Origin: Podarcis bocagei
Lineage: Eukaryota
DNA length: 64,000 nucleotides
Direction: 5' to 3' (one strand)
Assembly: GCA_964188305.1 (NCBI GenBank)
Contig: OZ076888.1
Each line of letters opens with the position of its first letter. Position 1 is the stretch's first letter. This document shows positions 23,011 through 35,845 of this stretch, one piece after another. Under the pieces are notes generated by a model. It was not told the DNA's origin. It did not search any database and saw nothing but the letters and a program-made list of their open reading frames with translations. The position numbers were made by a program, and so were the translations under genes.

Positions 23011-26000
23011 TGCTGTATATTTTGGAAAGTTTGCTTGGCTGTTCACTATGCATTTGGACACCTCTTACGATATCAGAGCCAAATTTTTGCATGATTGTTC
23101 CTGAGACCAAGGAGCAGGCTTTAATCAATGTTTGAACACATCTGGACGCAGTTTTGAATTGCAAACCTTTCGAAGCTGCACTGGTTTTAATGACTGATTT
23201 CATAACTGCACTGATTTTCACTGCTGGTTTTATAACTGCACAGATTTTGGAGGAGGGGTGTGGATGCTCTCATAACTTCTGAGCAACACCAGGTATGAAG
23301 ATGCCAGTTATAATAAAGAAAACAAATAAATATTTGGTCACACAGTCTGGAATGTGTTTGAGGGTACAACCCAGAATTGCAATCTGGAGATTTTAGAAAC
23401 CACCACTGCAAGGTTAGGATCTCAGCTTTCTGTTCACCATCTCTGTTTAGCAGAGAGAGAGAGTTCCTTATGAGTTATCTTGATCCTGCTGTCTTCTCAC
23501 TCCAGGTAATTTGCCCACCTTTTCTGCTGGCTCTTTAAAAATGGATTGTTTGCTCACACTGAGTCTTCTCTGAAGAGGGATACATTTCTCAGGGTTTTGT
23601 TTTTTTACTTCTTCTAGGTTTTTTCTGTCTTCAGGCAGAAAAGACTGTCATTTCCTCCAGTGATTTATTTCTATGTGCTGTGGACTGGAACTGCTCTAAA
23701 TGTCATGAGCACACAGCTGTTGACCTGAAGGTGCAGAAGCAAGAGCTGTCTCCAGAATCCATGGCACGAGAGAGCCTTTCATGTAGCTTCTTGGTAAAGC
23801 AGACCATATAACAGATTCATTGGAGCCTAAACTGTGCTATTCCATCGTCTCCCAGCACAAGGATAGCTGGAGGGATGCTCATGTGTAACTTGTGACAATC
23901 CTATTCTCTCAGCAAGGACCACGAGCCAAGTCTCCCTCCTTTCACTGTTATGGGACTAAAGGCTCTTCCCTGCTCACTATGCTAACACATTGTGCTTTCT
24001 TTGCAAAACCCTCTGGGGCACAAATTTATAAGTACAAAAGGTTGTTTGTTCTTGTGGTTGAAGATATTCTACAAAAACAATAGCAGTCTCCTACCAGCAA
24101 TTCCAAATTGCCCTTAACTGGCTTATGAAATGGCAAGTCCGGCTACCTTTCAGTTGTGATCCTTCCGACTCAGAAGCAAGTGTCACTGAGCTTCCATGGA
24201 ATAGTTGCTTGTATAGGCTTGTTGTAAACAACCTCTCAGTTGCTTGGGACCACTGGAAGGAAAGCGATGGAAAATTGATTCTCCCTCTCTCCCCCCCCCT
24301 TCTTTTTTTTTGGACCATTCATGACCAACACACTTTTTGATTTCAGAAGTTTTGCAAGCGAGACTTGGTAAAGCATTCGTGGAACACAGTGTACAAGTAC
24401 TTGAGAGGAACTCAAAAGGGAAAAGAAATGGACCCATCCAACACTGAACCTTCCTCTCCCACTTGGCTTAATACTGCAGATAAAGACATAGAAAAACCCA
24501 GCACTGTTATTTCTTAAACAACAGCGAAGAATCCGATTTGATTTGTTTAGACCAAAAATAACTCCAGAAATGAGACAGAGGAAGAAAAGCACGATATAAA
24601 CCTCTCAGACTTTTGTGTGTGTGTGTGTGTGTGTGTTTAGAACAATGGCTGTTGGCTGAAATTGCATGGAAAAGGCAGAGAGGCTGGTAGGGACAGGACA
24701 CAAAAGGCACCAAAACCCTGTAGCTTGCCTAGTTATGGTAAATGGAGAAGTAATGACAAAACAAAATTGTTACTTAAAGCCCAGGAAATGGCGGGGAAGA
24801 AAGGGTAGGAATGGATGTTCATTGTGGAATTACTGAGAAAATCGGTCTCCCCTTTTCACTGGCCTGATTATAGGAACGCCAGTGATAAGATAGAATTGCA
24901 ATCTGAAATTGTTAATGGGAAACTAGAGCAGTAAATGAACAACAAGTGCTCTCCCAAAACACATACTCTGGGCTGAAATGGGATTTCAGAGCTTCCCAAA
25001 GTCTAAAGGTATAATTTAAAGTTTGGGGGAGATACACATAGTCCGCAAAAGTTCAACATCATGTGCCGTCTCCTTTTCAAACTCTTTGAAGTGGCAAACA
25101 ATATTGGCTTCAGCCCAAGGAGTCGGATGCACTTGGAAAACACTTCTTCTTGCAAAAGGGGTTGGGGGGGGGAGCAGTGTCTCCAGTTTCAGCTGACTTC
25201 CCTTCCTCCATGTTTCCTGCTGTGGATTTTTTTTTTAAAAAGTTTGCTTTTTTCCCCTATGGTGGGGAATTTGGGCTGCAATCCAAACCCCTCTTATATG
25301 CCAGGCTGTCGATAGTTTGGATTGGACAGAGGCATCCTTCCGCTCGCTTTTTCTGGCTCCACTGGCTTGATTTGCTCTGCCAGTACAGAACTACCCCCTC
25401 TACATGTGGAATGGGCAAGTGGAAGGCCTGCCATTGGTATCTCTGTTGGCAGTGCCCAGTGGAAACCCCCAAATTGGGCCTTCCAGTGAGCCTGAGCAAG
25501 CCTGGGAGCCAGTGAATCCTAGACTGTTCTTACAGCTGGTACCAGCCAGCAGAAGACCTGATTGCTGCACCATCCTGAAATTGGTACAGGGATCAAACCC
25601 AGTTGGCCTCCCCACCTTCCTTTCCACAGCTGGCATGAGTTGCCAGGCTGAAGCAGTTTGGATTACTCTGCCTGTTGAGAATGTGTGTGTGTAGCTATGC
25701 TGTGCTTCATTGACAAAATTCTTCGAGCCTAGCTAGGTGCATTCTTATTCAGGCTGATGGCAAAGTCACCTGATGTGGAATAGTGCCGAGAACCTACATT
25801 GCTTATGATGACGAAAGCTTTCATACTCTTTAGTGACGCTTGCATTGTTTTTTCCAAATGTCTAATACCAAAGATTTATTAAAAACAAGGCATTTTTTTA
25901 AAAAAAATAGCATTAAAAATGCAGCAGTGGAAGATGGGAAGGGCAGAGTAAAGGAGACAAGAAAGTAAGTCTTGAAATGTTCGTCCAAGAAGACACGATA

Positions 26001-27044
26001 GAGAAAATTAAGCATATTTGGCCTATTTGTTTAACACAAAAAGCGCAAGTAAGAACACCTGTTGGTGTTATTTTAGAGGTAACTGAAACAGTGCATCAGA
26101 GGGACTTGGCACACACACCTGACTCTCTCTCCATGGGAGACCAGAGTGATAGCTGTTGCGGTTCGTTGGGCATTGGTACAAAATAATGTTTCTGCAGAAA
26201 CAAAGCAGCCTTTTATTTCATTAACTGAAGTGCCTGCAGCTCCCATTTTCAAGGCTGCTGGAAAGATAATAAATGCCGAGCAAAGAAAGTTAATCTGTAA
26301 ATCGCATTTCAATAAATAAGTCAGAAACAAAATCACTGCAGGCCCATTGTGTCCTGCTGACTTCTTGTCTGTTTGTTTGGCTCCCTGCCCCCCAACCATT
26401 ATTTTAGCTCACGTTAGTGCAGAGAATTGGGACAAATGGCAATTAGCAAAACGGGTTTAATTGGGGGTGTTAAATGCTCTTAAGACATAGCTAAGAAGCT
26501 ACAGTGGCATCTGATGAAAAGCTAGGTCAGCATTTCCCAAACCAAGGGCACCCCCGCCCCCCGATTAAAACTTGGGGTGCGGATCTTATTCCTGCACTCA
26601 GGAAAATAAAATCCTGTTTTCTTGATCATCTTCTAGAGAACAATGGCGATCGTTTGTGCCACCAAAGGGTAACCCAGCTAATACTGTATCCAGCATTTTG
26701 ACCTCTCCTTTCGCGGTAGCTGAGTGTGTCTTCTGTGTGTCTTGGCGTACCCTGGGCCACGCCAAGGGCTCTTGGCTCATCCTTCTTCCATTGGGGATGC
26801 CATTGCAGGGTGCCAAGTAGCATGGTAGAATCAGTTCTGCACAGGGCCTTTCCACTCCAGTGGACTTAAACTCCAAATGAGTGGCATACAATTTTAATGG
26901 TGCATTTCAGCCTCACTAGTTACAAATACGCTCCTGGGGCCCCCAGCCCACAGTTTGGGAATATGCATGCTTGTAGTTTCTTGAGAGAGTAGACTGGACA
27001 GAATGGATAGATTCAAAGCTTCTCTCTCAGAATACCTAAACTGA

Positions 27045-28099
27045 TGATTTATAATTAAATGAAAAAGGTATTTAAATATACCTTCCTGAAGAAACCAGAG
27101 GCCTTTCTCCTGGGCATGGTTGGCCAATTGGTGTTAAAGAAGGATAGAACTTTCTTTATGTATGCTACAACAGCAGCAAGAATACTTATTGCAAAGTATT
27201 GGAAGACACAAGATTTACCCACTCTGGAAGAATGGCAGATGAAGGTGATGGACTATATGGAACTGGCGGAAATGACTGGCAGAATCCGAGACCAGGGAGA
27301 AGAGTCAGTGGAAGAAGATTGGAAGAAATTTAAAGACTATCTACAGAAATACTGTAAAATTAATGAATGTTAGAATGATGTTGGATTGAAGTTAAGTGGT
27401 TTTTAGCAGCAATGTTATAAAGGAATATGTAAAAATGGATTGTTAACAGGTGATAATCTAAAGTTATAATATATTAAGTTAAAAGATTAAGATAAAATCA
27501 AAGAGGAGAAGAGGAGGTTAAGGGGTGATATGATAGCCATGTTCAAATATATAAAAGGATGTCACATAGAGGAGGGAGAAAGGTTGTTTTCTGCTGCTCC
27601 AGAGAAGCGGACACGGAGCAATGGATCCAAACTACAAGAAAGAAGATTCCACCTAAACATTAGGAAGAACTTCCTGACAGTAAGAGCTGTTCGACAGTGG
27701 AATTTGCTGCCAAGGAGTGTGGTGGAGTCTCCTTCTTTGGAGGTCTTTAAGCAGAGGCTTGACAACCATATGTCAGGAGTGCTGTGATGGTGTTTCCTGC
27801 TTGGCAGGGGGTTGGACTCGATGGCCCTTGTGGTCTCTTCCAACTCTATGATTCTATGATTCTATTCTATGATTCTAGGGAAAGGATTTGCTGAATTAAC
27901 TAATTGAACTGGAATACAAAAAAGGGAGGTGTGAGGTGGTCAGGGAAACAAGCAGATGAAGGACAAGATATGGAAAGACTGATCTGTTTTTAACTGTTTT
28001 TACCTTGTATTTTCATTTTCTTTTTTTTCTTCTCTCTTTTTTTCTTATTTTTGTAATATGTTGAAACTTTAATAAATATCTTTTTTTAAAAAAACAAAA
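27045..28099 (+). mobile_element. 5'-truncated L1-clade LINE (same family as 3714-8071), containing a CR1 insertion
   Basis: ORF2 tail 27059-27373; 3' UTR homologous to 3714-4027; aataaa plus A-rich tail; perfect 17-bp TSD cagaatacctaaactga at 27028-27044 and 28100-28116. Confidence 0.93.
27505..27877 (+). mobile_element. Young 5'-truncated CR1 LINE 3' end
   Basis: Intact ORF2 tail GDMIAMFKYIKGCH...RKNFLTVRAVRQWNLLPRSVVESPSLEVFKQRLD; (attctatg)n tail. Confidence 0.93.
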
Positions 28100-28116
28100 C
28101 AGAATACCTAAACTGA

Positions 28117-28521
28117 AGAAGCTGAACATTGGGAAATTCCAAACGGATAAAAGAGAGTACATCTTCATGCAGCGTGTGGTTAATCTGTGAAACTCGTTCC
28201 CACAGGGAACAGTGATGGGCCACCTACTTGGACGGCTTCAAAAGAGGTTTGGACAAATTCGCACAGCGTATAGGCTATCAGTGGCTGCTACCCACAATGG
28301 AGGCTATGCTCTTCCTCCATGGACCCTGAAGGTGATGACCACAGTTGGAGGCAGTGATGCTTCTGAATAGCAGCTGCTGGAAACAAGGAGTGAACCGTGC
28401 TCTTGTGCTCACGTCCTGCTTGCAGGGTTGCCCACAGGCATCTTGGTTGACTGCTGTGAGAATAGGATGCTGGACTAGGTGGGCTACTGGCCTGATCTAG
28501 CGAGCTCTTCTTATGTTCTTA
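28117..28521 (+). mobile_element. Older CR1 subfamily 3' end; its upstream part lies at about 26995-27044, split by the L1
   Basis: gaagctgaacattgggaaattcc..gataaaagagagtac..., ggcttcaaaagaggtttggacaaattc, ends gctcttcttatgttctta. Confidence 0.8.
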
Positions 28522-28587
28522 CAAGATGCAGGGATACCACCAACCATGCTTTCCTGTAATAAGAAAAGGCCCCTGCTTGTAGATATA

Positions 28588-28937
28588 GGTAAAGGGACCC
28601 CTGGCCATTAGGTCCAGTCGTGACCGACTCTGGGGTTGCGGTGCTCATCTCGCTTTATTGGACAAGGGAGCCAGCGTACAGCTTCCGGGTCATGTGGCCA
28701 GCATGACTAAGCCGCTTCTGGCGAACCAGAGCAGCACACGGAAACACCGTTTACCTTCCCGCCGGAGTGGTACCTATTTATCTACTTGCACTTGACGTGC
28801 TTTTGAACTGCTAGGTGGGCAGGAGCTGGGACCGAACAATGGGAGCTCACCCCGTCGTGGGGATTCGAACTGCCGACCTTCTGATCGGCAAGTCCTAGGC
28901 TCTGTGGTTTAACCCACAGCGCCATCCACATCCCACC
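28588..28937 (-). mobile_element. Full-length Sauria SINE
   Basis: Reverse complement gggatgtggatggcgctgtgggttaaaccacagagcctagg...agttcgaatcccc...ggggtccctttacc; 13-bp TSD gcttgtagatata at 28575-28587 and 28938-28950. Confidence 0.92.
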
Positions 28938-30779
28938 GCTTGTAGATATAACTGAGTGCAATTTGTGACTCCTGTTGTAAATCACCGTTTTTGAATATGT
29001 GGTGATGAATGAATAATGAAAATAATAGTAGTAGTAGGCTGATGATTATGATGCTATTTATAGGATATTAACTTCCTTTTCCAGAGTTCAATTTATAAGG
29101 AGTGTTCAGTGGAGTGCACTTAGCCAAGAAAGCATATTTCACTGAGGTGTGCCTAAGAACCTACTGGTCCATTTTTATCTTGTTTGTTTTCTTCTGTCTG
29201 TCTAGCACTGTGGAAAGTTGAGTATGGTCCTATATAAAGGACTTCTCAATTTGTGGCCTTCCAGCATTATACCTTTGGGCATTTAAGAAAACCTTTTATT
29301 TTCAATCCCTGGAGTTTCCTTTTATCCTGCAGTAAGATTGCATCTTCCTTTAATTCACTGGAGTTTAGTTTCCAAAAAAAGGAAATGTTTTCAAAAACAG
29401 GCTACTTTCTCTCCCCCCCCCCTTTTCTCCAATTTATATATACTAGCTGCATACCTAAAGCATTACTGAAGCACCTGCTATGCTGAGTATATCTGAAGTT
29501 GCCAAATTTCATCATCCTTCCATTCTTTCAGCAAATTCCCCTTTAATTGAATGCAAAATCCCTTTGAGTCCCAAAGCGCAGATAAGAACCTTTTTTTTCT
29601 TTTTAAATTATTTTTTAAAAGAATGATTTGCATGAAATCCACTAACATGTCTATTGGCTTCTTTTGTGTGTGTGTTTTTAAAAAAAACCCAGCAACACAT
29701 AGATTTGTTGCACAGTCATTTGCTAACACAAATTGGGACTGGGCAACAGATAGTCTTGTTAACAGGAGCAGCGTATCTAAATACCTCTGCATAGCACTGG
29801 AAATGAATGAATCACCTGCATAAATACACTCTGTATGTGTTAGAGTGATGGGCTCCTGCAAAGCTGGTTAAAGGTCTCGCTTTCTAATTAAAAGTAATAA
29901 TCATCACATATTTTCCAGTTTGTTATTAAAAAAAAAGTGTCTCTGACTTTTCTCGCTCCATGTATAAATTGGGTTTGAATTGAGGTGCCAAAAAGGTTAA
30001 GCTGCAGAAATTGTTTAGAACTTTACACTCTCTCTGCAAAAGTGTTTGCATAGAGCATTAATATGAGATTCTAGATGTTCCTTGCCCTCGTTTCACGTTA
30101 CGTTGCATACATCCAAAAATGCTCAGTTTCCTAATTCACACCCATTGGGCATGTACAGGCATGCGAGTCTCTGAACCAGTCGATGAGGTTTTCTACCTCT
30201 GAACTTAGTCACGTACTCCTCTGCCAGAATACTTCCAGCTCTTCATTTCTGCCTCTGCCGTCTCTGCATTAAACACATCAAACCAGGGACTCAGAAGGAG
30301 CGTGGGAAGTTTCTGCAGATTGTCACACTGCTGGTCCATCTAGCCTAGCACTATGCTGGAGTGTCGTAGTTTGCCTTTGAGTACTGGGATTTTCTTCAAC
30401 CAATATCTGGCACAGGGTACCCTGAATCATATGGGGGCTAAGGCACAGTGGGGAGGAGAGGTTTAACCCTTTGCCACCGCCACAGTCCTGACGAGAAGTT
30501 CCTCACCCCGCCTTGTGCTTACAATTTGGAATGGGAAGAAAGCCCCCAAACTCTACAGCGCCACCTCCAGCTCTTTGGCTTGGTCCAACTATTCAAAGTC
30601 AACTATTATCCGTATTATCAGTATTATCTGTGCTATAGACTTCGACTGTATGTAGCTTACTGTCCAAACCAAGAGTCTCATCTGATGCTCCACCAGCTTT
30701 TGCCACTGTCCCCGCCCACCGCTATCATTAACCATGAAGGTAAGTGGTCCACAAGCTGAAAAAGGATGCTTTACCCTTT

Positions 30780-30916
30780 GGCCTACGCTGACTGGCAGCA
30801 TCTCTTTGGGGTTTCAGGCAGTCTTTTCCATCCTTATCTGGAGATGCTGGGAGACTGAACACACAACTTTCTAAAGGCAAAGCACGTGCTCTTCCATTGA
30901 GCTACTGAGTTTCCCA
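30780..30916 (-). mobile_element. Degraded tRNA-head SINE
   Basis: Reverse homology to 31199-31362 (atctggagatgctggga..actgaac...cttccattgagctact). Confidence 0.55.
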
Positions 30917-31198
30917 GATTGTTTAACTTCCCTCTCTACTCTCAGACACCTTAAACCTGTTTAATTTACTCCATCTCCAACAGGGCACCCAGGGCATGTT
31001 TATGCAGGAGTAGGGATGGCTCCACCTGTTTCTAGTCCATGCCAGTTTCACATGTGTCCGTAAGTCTGTCTGTCCCATTTCTACACCAACCTTTGATGAT
31101 TTAATTTACTTACCTATTTAAAAGGAAGAAGCTTGAGTAAAGCTTGGTACACGAAGGCGGGAGTTTGGTGTCTGAATGGTGCATCAAGGCCATGGGGA

Positions 31199-31362
31199 AA
31201 GGCCATAGCAAAGGAGCAGGACACCTGTTTTTCATGCAGAACGTCCCAGGTTCAATCCCCAGCATCTCCAGGTAGGACTGGAAGAGACTGCTGCCCTGGA
31301 GAGCCATTGTCGGTCAGTGGAAACATTACTGAGCTAGGTGGACCAGTGAAAGGCAGCTTCCT
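31199..31362 (+). mobile_element. tRNA-head SINE (older family)
   Basis: B-box ggttcaatccccagcatctccagg; body ccctggagagcc...gagctag.tggacca; ends aggcagcttccta. Confidence 0.65.
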
Positions 31363-31494
31363 ATCACAGAACTGTTGAGTTGGAAGGGACCACGAGGAGA
31401 ATCTAATCCAACTCCCTGAAGTGCAAGAATCTTTTGCCCTACAGGGTCTCAAACCCATGACCTTGAGATTAAGAGTCTCATGCTCTACCAACTG
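31363..31494 (-). mobile_element. tRNA-Lys-derived SINE with CR1-like tail
   Basis: Reverse complement cagttggtagagcatgagactcttaatctcaaggtcatgggtttgagaccc...ggtcccttccaactc. Confidence 0.82.
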
Positions 31495-34400
31495 GACTCA
31501 GTACTGGAGGGACACCTTTTGACATCTGGAATACTGGAGGGACACCTCTTCAAGGTAGCAAAATAGCTGCTCAAAGAGTCCAGGGAATTTTATACTGTGA
31601 CCAGATGCATTACTTGGGATTCACGATGCTCCCTGTGCAACCTTGGATGTTTAGGCACTGGGACTTGTGCAATGTATGTCCCTGCAAACCTTATGAAGAC
31701 TGGGAGATGATGGAAATAAAGAGAAAACCCTCAGGGACAAGGCAGAAGACCTTGTGGGAGAGTGGAGTTATATATGCAGAATATATATTGCCAACAAATT
31801 GCCGTTCAGTTCAGTTAAACAGGTACCACAAGCCAACTGCATTGGGATATGCCTAATTAGGAAACTGAATCCATTTGATTTGGGAGAAGTGTAGGGGAAT
31901 TGTTGAGTGGAGACTACTTGGTCGTAATATGCTTCCTACAGCAGAACCTTCCATACTACACGAGTGGAGTTATGGAAGGAAGCCATGCTACTCAAAAGGG
32001 AATGGACTTGCTGCTGCAATTGCCATATTGGCCCACCTCTGGTAACTTTGCTAAGTGCCCCCCCCCCTGATTTCCCTATCCAGTAGCATGAATAGCTTTG
32101 GCTATGTTCACCCACTGAGAAAGCAGCTTCCCTCCTCCATCTCCTCCTCCTATTACATTTTGTTTGTTTGGAGGGTGTGTTTCTCCTTCTGAAAAAAAGA
32201 GAGAGAGAGAGAGTTGTACTTGTTGCCTTGATCCAATTCCTCTTTACAGGGAGATAAAGATCCTGTCTGGCGCCTGGGTTTCAAATCTGCTCCTTGATTA
32301 TCTGCAGACGCCCTGGTAGAAGAGCCCGAGGCAACAGATAAAGAGAGAAGGAAGGCATTCTTCAGGCCCACAGCCACAGCCAGTCTCCCCCCCCCCCCAT
32401 GGCCTGTCTGCTCTGCTCGCTGGGGCAGGACAAAACCCTACTGGGATGTATTAATGCCACTACTGTGGTGAGGGACGGGAAGTTCACCTCTGTTAGAAGG
32501 AGCAGTTTTAACCGGCTTCACCAGCGGTGATCGAAACGGGGTGGAATGAGAGGGCAGCAATCCTGGGGAAGGCCTAGGTGGGATGAATGCCTTTATTAAG
32601 CACAAAAGACGTCCCTTGAAGCATTCCCCCTCCCTCATCAAATTAAGTTGTGGAATGAAGGCAGAAGAAAAGTGTAACACTGTCCAGTTTTCTTCTGCTG
32701 AGGCGTTTCTTCCATGATGGAATTGAGGAAACCAACGTGCTAATGAGAGACAGCTGCTGGACTGCTTGCCGTCAGTGCAGGGACTTCAGATCTGTCGGGC
32801 CGAGAGGGGCCTTTTGGGTACCCCCACCCCCACCCCACCCCATCGCTTGGTGTAAATCTCAGAGAGGAAAGCCTGGCGAGCGAATGCAAGGTTGTTGCAG
32901 CGGGGAAGTCGAGAGGGAGAGAGGATTGTACAGGCAATAGTTGCTCACTTGCTCATGGGGCTTCCAAATGGCGAATCTCAACAATGTGGTGAAAGCTGCT
33001 CAAACCAGTTTGCAGTTTTGTGGGTTTGGTTTGGTTCCCTTGAAGTCGGACCAAAATAAACGAAGCCAGCAATGTAATATTTAGGCTTTCTCTGAGGCTT
33101 TTCTTTCTCTCTTTGAGTGCGAGAGAGACTAGTGTGAACACAGGAGTCTTTTGTTGAGTCAGACTGTTGGTCAGTCCAGCCCGATACTGTCTGTTCTCTT
33201 TGTTCATGGTTCTTTCGAAGTCAGAGTTGCAGAAACTATTACTCCCCAAGTGAGGTTGAGCTCCACCTCTCATCATCCGCAACCAGTGGCTCAGGATGAT
33301 GGGTGCTAGAGTCCGGCAGCAGCCAGAGGAGCCCAGCACCCCTGAGATTTCCCTCTCAAAGACCACATAAAACAACCCCTGTTCCCCCCCGAAATTCAGG
33401 GCTAACACTGCCGGCAAGGAAGAGAGTGCCATTCTAACCAAAGCCAAGGTGGAGCTGGTTTTTAAATACATTGTAATTCAGCTTCCAGGAGTTGTAAAAC
33501 GCAATCGCATCTTCATGCTGGGTAAATAAACACCAGGCACAGAGGCTGCAAGTCCAGGCCAGTCTGTATATATTTTCACTGCATCATCTGCTGTAGGGCA
33601 AAGTGCTGAGCCAGCCTGGCAGGCCCTTCCCTGGCCTTGCCCTGGCTGTGCGCAGAGTCCTGACCCATTAACTGTGCTGTGCTATTTAAAGCCCATACAG
33701 TTCTGTTCCCTGCAGCAAAGGGAGCCTTTCTCTCTCTCCCCCCCCCAACCCACCGCTCACCGCTGCTCATTTGCATATTAATAACCAGAATGCTTTTCCA
33801 GCTCCAAGTACTTCATTGCAATGGTAAATATTGGAGCTTGCAAGGAATGATCTGAACCGTTGTTGTCACAGCCCCATCTCTACCCCCCGCCCCATGCATA
33901 GCTTAAGAAATAGTGTCAAATTATTTATTGTTAAGTCTCTCTCTGCATGTCGATCTCTTGATGAAAAGGTGGGAATGGGTGGCATGAATCCTTAAAAGCT
34001 CCAGTAGAAATATTTTTCCCACACCTTGCTTATTCAGATTTTAGCTCTCGGCCATCAAGCTGCGCTCTAAACTCTATGCAGTTCCCCCCTTCAACTGTGG
34101 GTTGGTGTGCTCTCCCCCTCTTCTAGTGAAGGCTGGGCGTGCTGTACTGCCTTTTCCCTGAAAGAGCCTTTGTGGGTCGGGTATCGTGTGTTGTCCCTTT
34201 TCAGCCTGGTCCCTTCTTGATGTGGCAGATGGACAAAATCCAGCTCAGATTTCCAAATCCTTGTGGGCGGGTAAGAGGACCAATGGAAGCACTTTGTAGG
34301 CACACTGGATCTTGGGAAGCGTGGGTGTTTGAAGGCCATCTGTCTTCATCTCCTGCACCCGGACTACCGACAACGCAAGCTAAGGGAGAGGAGGATATTT

Positions 34401-35334
34401 TCCCTCTGCCCACCCCACCTCTAATGGTTGCAATTTGCTTCCCAGAGAAAACCTCTGTGACATTCAGGAAATTGTCTCGAAGCCACGTTGTTGTTGTCGT
34501 AGCAAAGAAATGCTGGGCATGCCATTTTAATGTTTGTTCATTTTTGATTCTTAAGCGTTCTTTGCTTTAAATGAATATTTATGTAACCCTTGATAAAAAG
34601 AATGCCTTGAGCTTCTTTCAGTTTCTTATTCCACCTGAAATACAGCTCCACCAGCGAAGCCTTGAAGCAGTTTTGCAAAGTACCTATGTAGCGAAGATGA
34701 ATATATATTTTTGCTTAAATTGTCACCGTTCCGCTGGTGCACAAAAGAACCTGCTAGCAAAAGTGTGTGGCAGTAGCCTAAGTTTGGAGGGGGCAGCAGG
34801 TTTTGAGGGTATCCCTATTGTTTACTGTTTGCCACAATCACTTGTACCTCTGGGCTTCTCAGACAATGGGGGTACCACACCTCCTCAAGCCCCCCATACT
34901 AACAGGGATGAGGATCTGGTGACCCTACAAATGTTTGCACTCCAGCTCCCCATCAGCCCCAGCTAGTATAGCCAGTGGTCAGGGATGGTGGAAGCTAGAA
35001 CCCAGCAACAACCTGAAGGCTGTAAGTGTGCCATCCCTGCTATACTGACTCTCACATATTCCTCTTCAAGCAACAGAAAGCCCTTTTGGCCATTCAGTTC
35101 AAAGCTTTTCATGTCATATCTTTGCTGCATGACCGTTGCTCCCCACTCGCCCTACCACCGTCAGCTACAAATCTCTGGTGGTCTTAAATGGTTGGACCCG
35201 TTCTCCCTCCCTGTCCTTTAGGCCTAGAACACCTGCTTCCAGTACACAGTTCTTTCTCTTTCCCTTTGACCCCCAAAGCCTACTTCTTTAACCGCTCTTC
35301 ATCCTTTTAGTCCTCTTCATCCACAACTTGGTAA

Positions 35335-35538
35335 CATCCACACCAAGCATTTAAAGCACATTTACAGCCATGGCTTTCCTCGAGAAGTCCTAGGAGCTGG
35401 GAATTGTCTTCTGGAACTGTAGCTTTGTGAAGTATCTCCTCCCAGTTGTCAGCAGCTCTTAACAAATGACAGTTCCCAAGATTCTTTGCGAGAGCCCATA
35501 GCCGTTGAAGTGCTTCAGATAAGTGATGTGGTCTGCAC
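35335..35538. mobile_element. Palindromic MITE, unclassified (catttaaagcac / gggaattgtagctctgtga family)
   Basis: Imperfect whole-length inverted repeat; relatives at about 43490-43635 and 44500-44666. Confidence 0.6.
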
Positions 35539-35790
35539 ACAATTGTTCTTTTTCATCCCTTCTTTATCCTCGTCTCCTCTTCCTCTCTCCTGTTGTTGTC
35601 TATATTGTTTAACGAGGTTGTAAGCTCCTTTAGGACAGGGCTTTCCCTTCTCTTTTAATTATGTTGAGGTATTTTTAATCCATTTTTAGTTATTTTAACT
35701 TTTGTATGTTTTGAAGTGTGGCTGTGAATTTTTCATCAATTTTATTGTTTTATCCTTTTGTAAACCCACTTTGAGTTTGTGCAATCAAGT

Positions 35791-35793
<3 letters not shown>

Positions 35794-35839
<46 letters not shown>
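35794..35839. repeat. (AT)n microsatellite
   Basis: Read directly from sequence. Confidence 0.95.
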
Positions 35840-35845
<6 letters not shown>

